Of a DNA stretch of 64,000 nucleotides, positions 11,558-24,775 are shown one piece after another; position 1 is the stretch's first letter, and the number at the start of each line of letters is the position of its first letter. The notes beneath the pieces are model-generated. The model saw only the letters and a program-made list of their open reading frames with translations, was not told where the DNA came from and made no database searches. The stretch is from Mobula hypostoma (lineage: Eukaryota), in NCBI RefSeq assembly GCF_963921235.1, contig NC_086108.1, forward strand, positions 21,390,001-21,454,000. The letters run 5' to 3'. A program made the translations under genes and the position numbers.

Positions 11558-12440
11558 TAGAAACCAGAGAAACATTACAGCACAGAAACAGGCCTTTTGG
11601 CCCTTCCTGACTGTGCCAAAACATTTTTCTGCCTAGTCGCACTGACCTGCACCTGGACCATATCCCTCCATACACCTCTCATCCATGTACCTGTCCAAGT
11701 TTTTCTTAAATGTTGAGAGTGAGCCCGCATTTACCACCTTATCTGGCAGCTCATTCCACACTCCCACCACTCTCTGTGTGAAGAAGCCCCCCCACCGAGG
11801 TTCCCTTAAACTTTTCCCTCTTCACCCTTAACCCATGTCCTCTGGTTTTTTTCTCCCCTAGCCTCAGTGGAAAAAGCCTGCTTGCCTTCACTCCATCTAT
11901 ACCCCTCATAATTTTATATACCTCTATCAAATCTCCCCTCATTCTTCTATGCTCCAGGGAATAAAGTCCTAACCTATTCAACCTTTCCCTGTAACTCAGT
12001 TTCTCAAGACCCGGCAACTTCCTTGTAAACCTTCTCTGCACTCTTTCAACCTTATTAATATCCTTCCTGTAATTAGATGACCAAAACTGCACACAACCCT
12101 AACCCTAACCCTCACCATAACATTCCAACTCTTATACTCAAATACTTTGATCTATAAAGGCCAAAGTACCAAAAGTTCTCTTTACGACCCTATCTACCTG
12201 TGACGCTACTTTAAGGGAATTTTGTATCTGTATTCCCAGATCCCCCTGTTCTACTGCACTCCTCAGTGCCCTACCATTTACCTCGTATGTTCTACCTTGG
12301 TTTGTCCTTCGAAAGTGCAATACCTCACACTTGTCTGTATTAATCTCCATCTGCCATTTTTCAGCCCATTTTTTCAGTTGTTCCAAATCCCTCTGAATAC
12401 CCTCCTCACTGTCCACTACTCCTCCAATCTTTGTATCATC
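11558..12440 (-). mobile_element. CR1 3' fragment (another family)
   Basis: ORFs 12138-12515 and 11751-12092: DDTKIGG, ERVQRRFTR, RGDLIEVYKI. Confidence 0.9.
12095..12112 (-). repeat. Short interstitial telomeric repeat (TTAGGG)3
   Basis: AACCCTAACCCTAACCCT lies inside CR1 coding sequence where the LYK.LVRP.LEY segment is missing. Confidence 0.7.
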
Positions 12441-13100
12441 ACCTGGTCCAGGAACACCACTGGGATTGTGAAACAGGCCCAGCAGAGATTGCACTTTCTG
12501 AGGAAGCTTAAACAAGCATCACTCCCCACTAACATCTTAACTACATTCTACAGAGGCGTGGTTGAGAGTGTGCTGACCTTTTGCATCACAACCCAGTACA
12601 CCAGCTGCAGTGCTGTCAACAAAACAGCCTTGCAGAGGGTGGTTAGGGGAGCAGAGAAGGTTATTAGGGTCTCCCTACCTTCTGTCCAAGACCTCTTTCA
12701 GAGTTGATGCCTCCAGAAGACACGGTACATCATTAAAGACCCCTCACACCCTCGCCATGAACTGTTTGGTCTTCTGCCATCAGGCAAACGTTACAGGAGC
12801 ATCAAAACTAAAACCACAGGGCTACTAAACAGCTTCCTCCCACAGGCAGTCAGATTGCTAAATAGCTGCTCTACCTGACTCTGCTTTGAACACTCTTAAC
12901 TTACACTGGACACTTATATCTTGATTTTAACTGACATGTGGCTGTTGTGTTTTACTATCTATTGTTATGCTTATTATTTAGTGTTGCGTTTGTTATGTTA
13001 TGATTGCACTGCTCCTGGGAAATGCTGTCTCATTCTGCCCTGCAGAGCTGATGTATGGTTAGAATGACAATAAAGTTTTTTGAGTCTTGAATCTTGAATC
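12441..13100 (+). mobile_element. Rex1/Babar LINE 3' fragment
   Basis: AQQRLHFLRKLK...FYRGVVESVLTFCIT; SFLPQAVRLLN; TCTTGAA-type tail. Confidence 0.85.
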
Positions 13101-16012
13101 AAGTTGGATAAGTCTCCAGGACCCGATGAGATGTAACTCAGGTTACTGTGAGAGGCAAGGGAGGAGATTGCTGAGCCTCTGGCAATGATCTTTACATTAT
13201 CAATGGGGAAGGGACAGGTTCCGGAAGACTGGAGAATTGCAGATGTTGTTCTCTTATTCAAGAAAGGGAGTAGCGATAGCCCAGGAAATTATAGGCCAGG
13301 GAGTCTTATTTCAGTGGTTGGTAAGTTGATGGAAAAGACCCTGAGAGGCAGGATTTATGAACATTTGGAGAGGCATAATATGATTAGGAATAGTCAGCAT
13401 AGCTTTGTCAAAAGGCAGGTCGTGCCTTATGAGCCTGATTGAATTTTTTGAGAATGTGACTAAACATATTGATGAAGGTAGAGCAGTAGATGTAGTGTAT
13501 ATGGATTTTAGCAAGGCATAAGGTACCCCATGCAAGGCTTATTGAGCAAGTAAGGAGGCATGGGATCCAAGAGGACATTGCTTTGTGGATCCAGAACTGG
13601 TTTGCCCTCAGAAGCTAAAGAGTGGTTATAGACGGGTCATATTCTGTATGGAGGTCGGTGACCAGTGGTGTGCCTCAAGGATCTGTTCTGGGACACCTTC
13701 TCTTCATGATTTTTATAAATGACCTGGATGAGGAAGTGGAGGGATGGGTTAGTAAATTTGCTGATGACACAAAGGTTGGAGGTGTTGTGGATAGTGTGGA
13801 GGGCTGTCAGAGGTTACAGTATGACATCGATAGGATGCAAAACCGGGCTGAGAAGTGGCAGATGGAGTTCAACACAGGTAAGTGTGAGGTGGTTCATTTT
13901 GGTAGGTCAAATATTATGGCAGAATATAGTACTAATGATAAGACTCTTGGCGGTATGGAGGATCAGAGGAATCTTGGGGTCCGAGTCCCTATGACACTCA
14001 AAGATGCTGCGCAGGTTGACTCTGTGGTTAAGAAGGCATATGGTACATTAGCCTTTATCAATCGTGGGATTGATTTCTGGAGCTGAGAGGTAATGTTGCA
14101 GCAATATAGGACCCGGGTCAGACCTCACTTGGAGTACTGTGCTTAGTCCTGGTCACTTCACTACAGGAAGGATGTGGAAACCATAGAAAGGGTGCAAAGG
14201 AGATTTACAAGGATGTTGCCTCCATTATTACATCTATCACAAAAGGGAGATATATCTGAATAAAAACGAGACAGCTTATCTTTAGACATATGGGCTCTAT
14301 GAACCACTTTAAATTGTAAAAGGGAATGACGGGCACATAACGATGAGATATTAATCAATTTAAAATTTTCATTCCAAGTGTCCTCAGAAATTGAAATCTG
14401 TAAATCTTGTTCCCAAAGATATTTCTCATTCCCAGCAACATACCATAAATATTAGACATAGATGCATTATGGAAGGGTTTCAAATTAAAAATTATATCAA
14501 GTAAATTTTTATCTGGACTTGTAGGAAATATATGCTCTTCAGAACGCAAAAAGTCTCTAATTTGTAAATATCGAAAAAAGTGAGTTCGCGGTAGGCTATA
14601 CTTAACTGACAGTTGTTCAAAAGAAGAGAGACTATCTCCAACAAACAAATCATGAAAGCATTTAATACCCAATCTATTCCACTCTTTAAAAACTACATCA
14701 GACATAGAAGGTTTAAAAAAAGTTAGAAAAAATGGGACTGCAAAGTGAAAAACTCAGTAAACCAAAATATTTTCTAAATTGTACCCTCAAAGTGTGTTTA
14801 ACTACAAAATTATCAGTTAAATTACTTAAAGACAAAGGAATTGAGGATCGGAGAAGAGAAATGATAAGAGAATTTATTAGCAGATTTAGCTACTAAAGAA
14901 ACCCAGACCGGACAGACCGCTCGATTAATATAATATAACCAAAACGTAAGATTCCGTATATTGACTGCTCAGTAATAAAACCTAAAATTGGGTAAGGCTA
15001 AACCTCCATTCTTTTTAGCTTTTTGAAGATGAACTCTATTTAATTGAGAAATTTTATTTTTCCATATATAAGATGATATAATAGAATCCAAAGAATCAAA
15101 AAATGATTTAGAAATAAAAACACGAAATAAATATAAAAATTTAGGCAAAATATTCATTTTAATGGATTCGATTTGGCCAATCAACGATAGAGAGAGCAGT
15201 GACCAATTTGAAAGTGCCTTCTTAACATAATTCAAAAGTGTAAAAAAAATTTCTTTAAAAAGGAATTTGTAATTCCCAGTAATTGTTACGCTCCAATAAG
15301 TAAATTGACTTCTTACAATTTTAAAAGTAAGGTTAGTATTAACTAATACCAAATTATTCAAAGGAAAAAGTTCACTCTTATGAAAGTTAAGTTTATATCC
15401 AGAAAACTGACTAAAGCAGGAAAGTGAAGAAAGTAGAGAAGGTAAAGAAGACTCCACATTAGAAATGTGGAACAAAAGGTCGTCAACATAAAGCGAAACT
15501 TTGTGGGTAATACCCCTCCTTAAAATACCAGTGATATCATTAGATTCCCGGAAAGCAATAGCTAAAGGTGTTAAGACCAAATTAAAAAGCAAAGGACTCA
15601 AAGGACAGCCTTGTCTAGTTCCACGATAAAGTTTAAATGGTTTAGAGTACTGAGAGTTAGTAAGAACCTGAGTGGAGGGAGATAAGTAAAGTAATTTAAT
15701 CCACTGAATAAAATCGGGCCCAAAGTTAGATTTTTCTAAAGTTTTAAATAAATAATTCCATTCAACCCGATCAAAGGCTTTCTCAGCATCTAAGGATATC
15801 ACACATTCCAAAATCTCTAGAAGGAGAATAAATAACATTCAATAAACGAATATTAAAGTGGGAGTATCGATTTTTGATAAATCCAGTCTGATCATCAGAG
15901 ATAATAGATGGCAAAATATTTTCAATCCTACAAGCCAAAAGTTTAGGTAAAATTTTAGTATCAACATTAAGTAAGGAAATAGGTCTATAAGAAAAGCATT
16001 CAATTAGGTCCT

Positions 16013-16502
16013 GCAACACACATCAAAGTTGCTGGTGAACGCAGCAGGCCAGGCAGCATCTGTAGGAAGAGGTGCAGTCGATGGTTCAGGCCGAGACCCT
16101 TCGTCAGGACTAACTGAAGGAAGAGTGAGTAAGAGATTTGAAAGTTGGAGGGGGAGGGGGAGATCCAAAATGATAGGAGAAGACAGGAGGGGGAGGGATG
16201 GAGCCAAGAGCTAGACAGGTGATTGGCAAAAGGGATACGAGAGGATCATGGGACAGGAGGTCCGGGAAGAAAGACAAGGGGGGGGGAGGGGAACCCAGAG
16301 GACGGTTAAGGGGTATATTCAGAGGGACAGAGGAAGAAAAAGAGTGAGAGAAAGAATGTGTGTATAAAAATAAGTAACAGATAGGGTACGAGGGGGAGGT
16401 GGGGCACCTCTTCCTGGAGATGCTGCCTGGCCTGCTGCGTTCACCAGCAACTTCGATGTGTGTTGCTTGAATTTCCAGCATCTGCAGAATTCCTGTTGTT
16501 TG
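16013..16502. mobile_element. Penelope-derived element with inverted terminal repeat, nested in L1
   Basis: 14-bp TSD TTCAATTAGGTCCT (15999-16012 / 16503-16516); inverted repeat 16013-16061 vs ~16418-16467; hammerhead-like motif on minus strand 16076-16111. Confidence 0.85.
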
Positions 16503-17209
16503 TTCAATTAGGTCCTTACTCTTTTTAAGAATAAGCGAAATAGAGGCTTCATAAAAAGATTGTGGCAACTTACCTGATTTAAAAGAGTCGGCAAGGACTG
16601 AATATAAACGAGGTATAAGCAAAGAGGAAAAAGCCTTATAAAACTCTCCAGAAAATCCATCAGGACCCGGAGCCTTCCCTGAGTGCAAAGAGTGAACAAC
16701 CTCGGCAACTTCCTCATAGGAAATAGGTTGATCCAACAATTTTCGAATATCATTAGAAAGTGTAGAAATGTTTAATCGATCTAAAAAATTATTCATTAGA
16801 GCATTATCTTTAGGAGGATCAGAACTATAAAGTTTGGAGTAGAATTCTCTAAAAGCATCATTTATTGTAAATGATCAGATGTTTTATCACCATTAGCTTT
16901 ACAAATGTCTTTAATTTGACATTTAACTATAAAGGCCTTTAATTGGTTAGCCAACAGTTTACCCGTTTTATCTCCATGAACATAAAACTGACTTTTATCT
17001 TTTAAAAGTTGCATTTCAATTGGATAAGTTAAGAGCAGGTGGTATTTAGTTTTAATTTCAACATGTCTTTTATATAAAACAGGATCTGGAGCCAAAGCAT
17101 ATTTTTTGTCTAATTGTTTCAACTGATTGGCTAACTCATTTCTCTCCATATCAGCTTTTTTCTTAACGCTTACGGTAAAAGAAATAATTTGACCTCTAAT
17201 ATAAGCCTT

Positions 17210-17649
17210 GGGCCAGATCCCCCACCAGACTTAGTCTGGTGAGCAGGGTGTGACGACACCCAGCAGGACTAAAAAAAAACGAGACCTGACAAAGGACAGA
17301 TGAGCTCCTTGTGAGCCAACGGCCATCTTCCGTGCAAGAGATTAAAGCCTCACCACATATCTAAGAATCGTATGCTATGCAGCTAGTTAGAAGAGGTATG
17401 ATGAACTTGGGCGCTGCACCGTGTGCCTGGACCTGCCCAAGGCCTCTGCCTAAGGAAGGCCTGAGCTCGAAGAAGCGGCCACAGCTGGAGGCCAACACGG
17501 CCTCGGGCTCAAGTTCAGCGGGCGGTGCCAAGGCAGCCAGCGAGAACAAACTGGAGGAGAGGCGTTACTCGGTGCTGTCGCAAGATCGAAGAAGATGGAG
17601 TTGCGTTGCCGCCAACCCCAGATTCGAGACAGCACCCACTGACTGACTG
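17210..17649 (+). mobile_element. Non-autonomous RTE-type element nested in L1
   Basis: 9-bp TSD ATAAGCCTT (17201-17209 / 17650-17658); (ACTG)n tail; RTE-like C-terminal remnant SQDRRRW; 5' hairpins. Confidence 0.7.
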
Positions 17650-20007
17650 ATAAGCCTTAAAAGCCATAAAATAAGACTAAACGTCTCTTCTAGTGTATTC
17701 TCGTCAAAAAAAAGAATAATTTGTCTCTCCAAAAATTTTAGAAGATCTTTATCTGATAACAAAGTTGGACTAAAACACCAGAATCTGTTTATTTGGGAGA
17801 TACCCAGAAGATTTAAAGAAAAAAGCACAGGAGCATGATCTGAAACAGTAATTTCTTTATATTCACAGGATTGAACTAATGGAATCAATTGGCTATTAAC
17901 AAAAAAATAATCAATCCTGGAATATGTATGATGAACATGAGAAAAAAATGAGTAAAAAATGGCAACCATCAACAATATCACATTTCATTAGAAGAGATTG
18001 GATAAAGGAAGCAGATCTACTACAAGTCAATCGTTTAGAAGAAGAATGATCTAAAACAGGATCTAAACAGTTGAAGTCTCCTCCTAAAACCAAAGAATAT
18101 AAACTTAAATCTGGTAAAAGCGGAAAAAAAAAGTTCAAAAAAGCCTTGGATCATCTATATTCAGGACATACAAATTAGCAAAAACATTAATTTATTATCT
18201 AATTTCCCTGAGACAATAACAGAATGCCCATTGGTATCAGACACTACATTATGTTGAACAAAAGAAACTGAATTGTCTATAAGAATCGAAACTCCTCTTG
18301 CCTTAGCCTGAAAGGAGGAATGGAAAGATAAACCCTTCCAACGGCTGAAAAGACGTAAATTATCACATCTACGAACATGTGTTTCTTGTAAAAATAGAAT
18401 TGAGACATTCAATTTCTTAATATAATTAAGTATCTTATTACGTTTCACAGGATGGCTTAATCCTTTCACATTAAAACTTAGTAAATTAAAAATATGGTCC
18501 ATTTTAAATATTGCTTAAAGGAGATGTTGGAATAAAAACTGCTGGAATATATATTAAATCCAAACAATGAGCTTTAAGAAAAAGTTACCAAGCAACAAAT
18601 GAAGCTAAGAGAGCCAAACAGCTGATAGAAAAAAAGAAAACCACCCCCCACCACCAGCCCAAAGAGAGAAGATCGACCAAAGGGCAGTTGACAGCTAATC
18701 CTACCATCCCTCCCAAGAAAATCTATTGGCTGAGCTCCAAAAATAAATTTTCAAGGCAAAACTGTGTTCCAACAAGACACAACAAAAAAACAGAGCAAAA
18801 TTAAACATATTAAAAAAAACCTCATTAAAATTATAGTATAAAAATATTAGAAAGAAATATGAAAGTTCAAAACGTATTAACTTAGAAAGTATTAACTCAA
18901 AGAAAACTTACTAGTATTAAATCCTTAATTTTCTAAACAAGGAAATAAAAGTACAAAAAAATTAGATACGAAGGTATACCAAAAGTAAAAACAAAACTGC
19001 TCATAAAAGAAAGTAATGAACGGTTAGACTGCTAATTCTAAAAATAGGATCCATCAGGCAGACGCAACATAAATTTGTGTAAAGAATTATTGAACAGTTA
19101 AGCTTCTGAAATTGATTCGGCACTCAAGAAATCCTGCACCTCTTCGGTCAAATGAAACCATCTCTGAGAGTAATTTTTCAAAATGATTCTAAGACGAGCG
19201 TGGTAACGAAGAGAGGGTTTAAGACCTTTATTATACAGCTCAGACATGACTTTTTTAAACTTGAAGCATTCATTCAACACCTCGGGTGAAAAATCTTCCA
19301 CAATTCTGAACTTCTGGTCTTCATAATCCATCATACCTTTCCTACGAGATTCACGAATTAAAAGTTCCTTTGTTTGAAAGTCGCGAAGACAAATTATCAC
19401 TGAGGGGATCGTCCTCCAGGAGGAGGTCTTGTTACAGGCAATCTGTGAGCTCGGTCTATTTTAGGTGGAGATTTGATAATATTCTGAAATAAATTAGCCA
19501 AAAGGTTTGCAAAAAATTCCGAAGGCTGATTGCCTTCCAATGACTCTTTAAAACCCAGAATAAGTAGATTATTTCTTCTGTTTCTATTTTCTAAGTCAAT
19601 AATCTTCTGTTTTAATGTTTCATTAACCTTTAACTGTTTATCACAGGTCTGTTCCGGGCCGTCAACCATCGCGTCGAATGTTGTCAAAATGTCTTTGTTC
19701 TCTTTTATCCATTTATCGTGTTCACTTAAAGTTTTTGAATAGAATCCAATTTTCCATCCATCCGTTTAAATTCAGCACTGAGCTGCTGTAACTCCTCCGA
19801 AACTTCATTTTTATGCTTCCGAAGTGTCACCATAATAGATCCCAAAGTTACCAGAGGGTCCTCTTCTTTTTTAGTAGCTTTAGCACGACTCATCATAAAG
19901 CAATATTGCATTTAAAAGTAAGTTTTCAAAACAAGTTGGAAGCAGTAAATTAAAAAGACTAGGAGCACCTATAAAAGTGCTGCTACTCCCTCAACAGCCA
20001 GTCGGGT

Positions 20008-20325
20008 CTGTGTCTTTTTTATAGGACGGGGCACCTCTACAACCCACACCTCTAATCTCATCTCAAAGATTGGAACACCTGACTTCAATTAGCTTTTGTG
20101 GAAAGCATTACTCCAGGGGTTCATATACTTTTTTGAACCTAAACTGTGATTGTTTAAGTGGTATACACAGTATTGATGAGAAGTAGTACAATTGTTTGTG
20201 TTTCATTAGTCTCAGCAGACTGCGTTTGTCTATTATCATGACTTAGATGATCAGACCACATTCTATGAGTAATTAATGCAGAAAACCAGGTAATTGCAAA
20301 GGGTTCACAAACTTTTTCTTGATTG
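20008..20325. mobile_element. Orphan Tc1 terminal fragment (one TIR)
   Basis: Similar to 56825-57150 of the Tc1 element; ends in TG followed by TA. Confidence 0.8.
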
Positions 20326-20329
20326 TATG

Positions 20330-20893
20330 TAAAGTGATGCTAGATACTGGAGTGTGTGTAATAAGGTGACACTGACAAGAAATGATAGTGGTGGTAAAGA
20401 GGGTCACTGGGTGGAGGTGTTGATCAGCCTTACTGCTCTGGTAAAGTAACTGTTTCAGAGACTGGTGGTCCTGGTGTGGATGCTATGTAGCCTCCTCCCT
20501 GATGGGAGCAGGACCAGCCCGTCCAAGAGTAAGATGAGTGGGATCCTTCATGATATTACTGGCCTTTTTCGAGCACCTTTCTGTATATATGTCCTTGATG
20601 GCGGGTAGGCTGGTGACGGTGAGGCGTTGAGCAGTTTTGACTACCCATTGCAGAGTCCTCCTGTCAGCCGCAGTGCAGTTTCTGTACCATGCAGTGATAG
20701 AGCAGGTTAGGATGCTCACTGTTGTGCATCTGCAGAAAGTCGTGAGTATTAATGTGCATAGTCCAGCTCTCTTCAGCCTCCCTGGAAAGTAAAGGTATTG
20801 GTGTGCTTTCTTGATCGTATAGGATGTGTTCTGGGTTCCATGAGAGGCTGTGTGAGATGTGCACTCCCAGGAGTTTGAAACTGCTCGCAGCTT
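20330..20893 (-). mobile_element. Rex1/Babar 3' fragment, decayed
   Basis: ORF 20483-20917: KKAHQYLYF..LKR..SILTCSITAWY. Confidence 0.8.
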
Positions 20894-21234
20894 CAAGTGA
20901 TAGTCCCTCATGGGCAAATTAGAGAATGCCGTTCAGTATTAAGGAGCATCTTTAGTGTTTGTTAAAAAAGCTTCCCAATTACTCAAAAATAATCAACTCT
21001 GCCTCTGACACGAGCAGTTAAAGAGCTTTGTTATAATACCTTGCAATGTTCAAATGTACTTTTAAATCATTCAAGTAGCAAGAATCTTGCAAAACACGCA
21101 TTCAAAATCAAACACATATTCAACACAGAAAAGCCCCTTGGGAGCTGCTTTTTTTAAATCAATTTCAAAGTAATTCTATTAACTTGCTGCCTTACAGCAT
21201 TACTTGAAAGTGTGCAACTGGACATCAGCTTAGT

Positions 21235-21495
21235 TTTTTTTAGCGTGTCGCACCAGATAGTCAGCCATTCTTGTCTAGTGCATGGTATCAGGAGTGGTCT
21301 CCTTTCGGATTAACCAGGTCATGATATGAACGTTCCTGACTTGACCCTTTTTTTTTTTAGGAGGCCGAGTGGCTAGCTCGACGCTCAATCCAGCACAGAT
21401 GGAAAGTGTGCTCAGGGGGTGGCCCAACTTGGATTCAAACTTGGGAGTCTTCGCTCCGGAGTTTGGTGCCGATGCCATTGCGCCACCAGCCGGCT
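21235..21495 (-). mobile_element. tRNA-derived SINE
   Basis: Minus-strand A box TGGCGCAATGG and B box AGTTTGAATCC; internal and terminal A tracts; possible GCTTAGT TSD. Confidence 0.7.
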
Positions 21496-21860
21496 TAGTA
21501 CATGGAACAGATACAACTAAACACAATCTATCTGAATTTAAATCTTTTCCCTGGACACCCACAATTCCAATAGCCTTGAGGTTCTTTCTGTGAAACCCAT
21601 CTTGTTGAATTGAATAACAAAATTAAGTGTTCGACAAGATTTCTACAGGGACAACTATGGTGAAATACTACACTCCTCAGTCCCAGGTTTGAACTTTAAT
21701 TACCTGTTTCATAATTAAGTTAAGTTGCTCACTGTATTTTATCTTCATCATGACATGAACACATCTACATAGTCTGTTGTAAAACGAAGCTTCCACACTG
21801 AGTTCAATATCAAGTTTTTAACAAAATACAGATGTAAAAGCCATAGTTTTACATAGCCAT

Positions 21861-22154
21861 AGGGGGAAGCCTTTTAGGACTGAGATTAGTAAAAATTTCT
21901 TCACACAGAGAGTGGTGAATCTGTGGAATTCTCTGCCACAGGAAACAGTTGAGGCCAGTTCATTGGCTATATTTGAGAGGGAGTTAGATATGGCCCTTGT
22001 GGCTAAAGGGATCAGGGGGTATGGAGGGAAGGCTGGTGCAGGGTTCTGAGTTGGATGATCAGCCATGATCATAATAAATGGCGGTGCAGGCTCGAAGGGC
22101 CAAATGGCCTACTCCTGCACCTATTTTCTATGTTTTCTATGTTTCTATGTTTCT
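21861..22154 (+). mobile_element. Young CR1 3' tail (left inversion breakpoint repeat)
   Basis: Matches the last ~290 nt of the young CR1 family; TTTCTATG tail. Confidence 0.95.
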
Positions 22155-23627
22155 CATTCCCAACCGCATATTATAAATATTAAATATAGATCCATTATAA
22201 AAAGGTTTCAGATTAAAAATTACATCTAGTAGATTCTTATCAGGACTTTTAGGAAATGTACTTACTTGAGGCCGTAAAAAATCCTCAATAAGCCAAAATA
22301 TTTTCGGAATTGTATCCAAATCCTCATAGTGTGTTTAACTACCAGATTATGAGTTAACTTACTCAAAGATAAAGGAAGTGAGGATCCAAGAAGAGAAATA
22401 ATAGAGAATTTATTAACAGAATTAGCTTCTAAAAAAACCCATATTGGGCAATCCTCAAGATTAATATAATATCACCAAAATGTAAGATTTCTTATATTAA
22501 CTGCCCAGTAATAAAATGTAAAGTTTGGTAAGTCTAATCCTCCATTCTTTTTATCTTTCTGAAGATGAATTTTATTTAATCTAGAACGCTTATTCTTCAA
22601 TATATAAGAAGATATAATAGAGTCAAGAGAATCAAAGAAGGATTTAGGAATGAAAACCGGCAACGCCTGAAAAAGATATATAAATTTAGGTAATATATTC
22701 ATTTTGATAGAGTTAATTCGACCAATTAACAATAACGAAAGAGGTGACCAATTTAATAGTATTCTTTTCACGTGATTCAATAGAGTAAGAAAATTTTCTT
22801 TAAATAGACACTTATAATTTTTAGTGATTGTTACACCCAAATAGGTAAATTGGTTTCTTACAATATTAAAAGGAAGTTTAGAATTTGTTGGTATCAAATT
22901 GTTCAAAGGGAAAAATTCACTTTTATGTAGGTTTAATTTATAACCTGAAAACTGGCTAAAACAGGAGAGTAAAGAAAGCACATGGGGTAATGAAGTCTCA
23001 ACACTAGAAATAAATAGCAGCAAATCATCTGCATACAACGAGAGTTTATGAATAGTGTGTCTCCTTAAAATACCGGTGATATCATTAGATTCTGGAAAAT
23101 CAATGGTTAAAGGTTCTAAGGCCATATCAAAAAACAAAGGGCTCAACGGACAACCTTGTCTAGTGCCACGTTGAAGCTTAAATGGTTTGGAGTTATGAAA
23201 ATTAGTGATAACCCTAGCAGAAGGGGTGAAATAAAGTAATTTAATCCATTGAATGAAAACAGGTCCAAAATTAAATTTTTCCGAAGTTTTAAATGAGTAA
23301 TTCCATTCAAATCTGTCGAAAGCTTTCTCAGCATCTAGGGATACCACACATTCCGATACCATGTTAGAAGGAGAATAAATTACATTTAATGACCGGCACA
23401 TATTAAAGTGTGAATATCGATTTTTGATAAATCTGGTTTGGTTATCAGAAATGACAGATGGTAAAATATTTTCAATCCTATGGGCCAAAACTTTAGATAA
23501 AATCTTAACATCAACATTAAATAAAGAAATTGGTCTATAAGGAGAGCATTCAGTTGGATCCTTATTCTTTTTAAGAATGAGCAAGATGGAAGCCTCATAA
23601 AAAGATTGAGGGAGTCTGCCCAATTTA
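22155..23627 (-). mobile_element. L1 ORF2 RT portion (upstream part of a split, 5'-truncated L1)
   Basis: ORF 22472-23623: YRPISL, DAEKAFD, GTRQGCPLSP, LYADD. Confidence 0.95.
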
Positions 23628-24775
23628 AATATCTTTTATAAACCTAACGATTCCACAGCTATCTTGACTATATTTCTTCCCACCATGTCTCCTGTAAAAA
23701 TGCAGTTCCTTTTTCTCAGTTCTTTTGTCTCCAATGCATCTGTTCCCAGGATGAGGCTTTCCTTTCCAGAACACCAGCGGTGCCCTCTTCCTTCAAAGAA
23801 TGGGTTTCCCTTCCTCCACCGTTGAAACTGCCCTCACCTACATCACTTCCATTTCCTGGATATCCACGCTCACCTCTTCTTCCTGCTGTCTTAACAGGGA
23901 TAGAGTTCCTCTTGTCCTAACCTACCACCCAATCAGACTCTGTATCCAACACATCATTGTCCGCAATGTCTGCCATTTTCAATGGGATCCTACCACCACG
24001 AACATCTTTACTCTCCACCCCTCCTCACTCTCTACTTCCCACAGGGATTGCTCCCTCTGTAATTCTCTCATCCAGTTGTCCCTCCCCACTACTCTCCTTC
24101 CTGGCACTTACCCCTGCTAGCAGGAGAAATTCTACACCTGCGCATTCACCTCCTCCCCCACCTCCATTCAAGGCCTCAAACAGTCCTTCCAGTTTAGTCA
24201 ACACTTTACTTGCAAATCTGTTGGGGTGATCAGTTGTATCCTGTGTTCCCAATGCATCCTCCTCTAAGACCTGACATAGATTGGGGGTCCACCATTTTAA
24301 TTCCTATCCTTATTCACATTCCAACATGTCAGTCCATGGCCTCCTCACCGCCACGATGAAGTCATTCTCATGGTGGAGAAGCAACACCTCATATTATGTC
24401 TGGGTAGCCTCCAACCTGATGGCAGGAACATTGGTAATATTTTTTCTCTTTTTTCCCCCTCCCCCTTCCCTCTTCTTCTGATACCACTCTGGCCCTCTTA
24501 TTTGTCTCTTTGCCTGCCTATTTTCTCCCCCTTTCTGCCACGGTCCACTCTCTTCTCCTATCAGATTCCTTTTTCTCCAGTCCTTTACCTTTTCCACCCA
24601 CCTGGCTTCACTGATCACCTTCTAGCTTGTCCTCCTTCCCCTCGCTCAGCATTTTTCATTCTGGTGGTTTCCTCCTTCCTTCCCAGTCCTGATGAAGGGT
24701 CCCAGCCTGAAACAATGACTGTTCATCGATGCTGTCTGGCCTACCGAGTTCCTCCAGCATTTTGTGTCCATTATG
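23628..24775 (+). mobile_element. Penelope-like element, 3' part (RT thumb, GIY-YIG remnant, pLTR with hammerhead motif)
   Basis: IFYKP.DS, RVPLVLTYHP, EKQHLILCLGSLQPDG; CTGATGA..GAAA at 24685-24720. Confidence 0.8.

Larger units (their letters stand above)
9899..14220 (+). mobile_element. Older CR1 (ORF1 end, APE, RT), interrupted twice and lacking its 3' end
   Basis: GLHLN..GTNILA; APE motifs FYRPPN, VVGDFN, LDLVL; RT resumes at ~13098 (NYRP, GVPQGS, KFADD); stops at ...GGATGTTGCC 14220. Confidence 0.9.
14221..20007 (-). mobile_element. L1-clade LINE, near full length (ORF1 and ORF2 pseudogenes), 3' end lost
   Basis: ORF1 19098-19911 (LENRNRRNNL, IDRAHR); APE LLSFNVKGL..FLQETH, SDHAP; RT KAPGPDG, DAEKAFDRV, GTRQGCPLSP, LYVDD; ends at the CDRC knuckle. 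Confidence 0.9.

Noticed and set aside
21400..21495. tRNA gene
   Set aside because: A and B boxes are present, but there is no convincing cloverleaf and it continues into a SINE body with an A tail.
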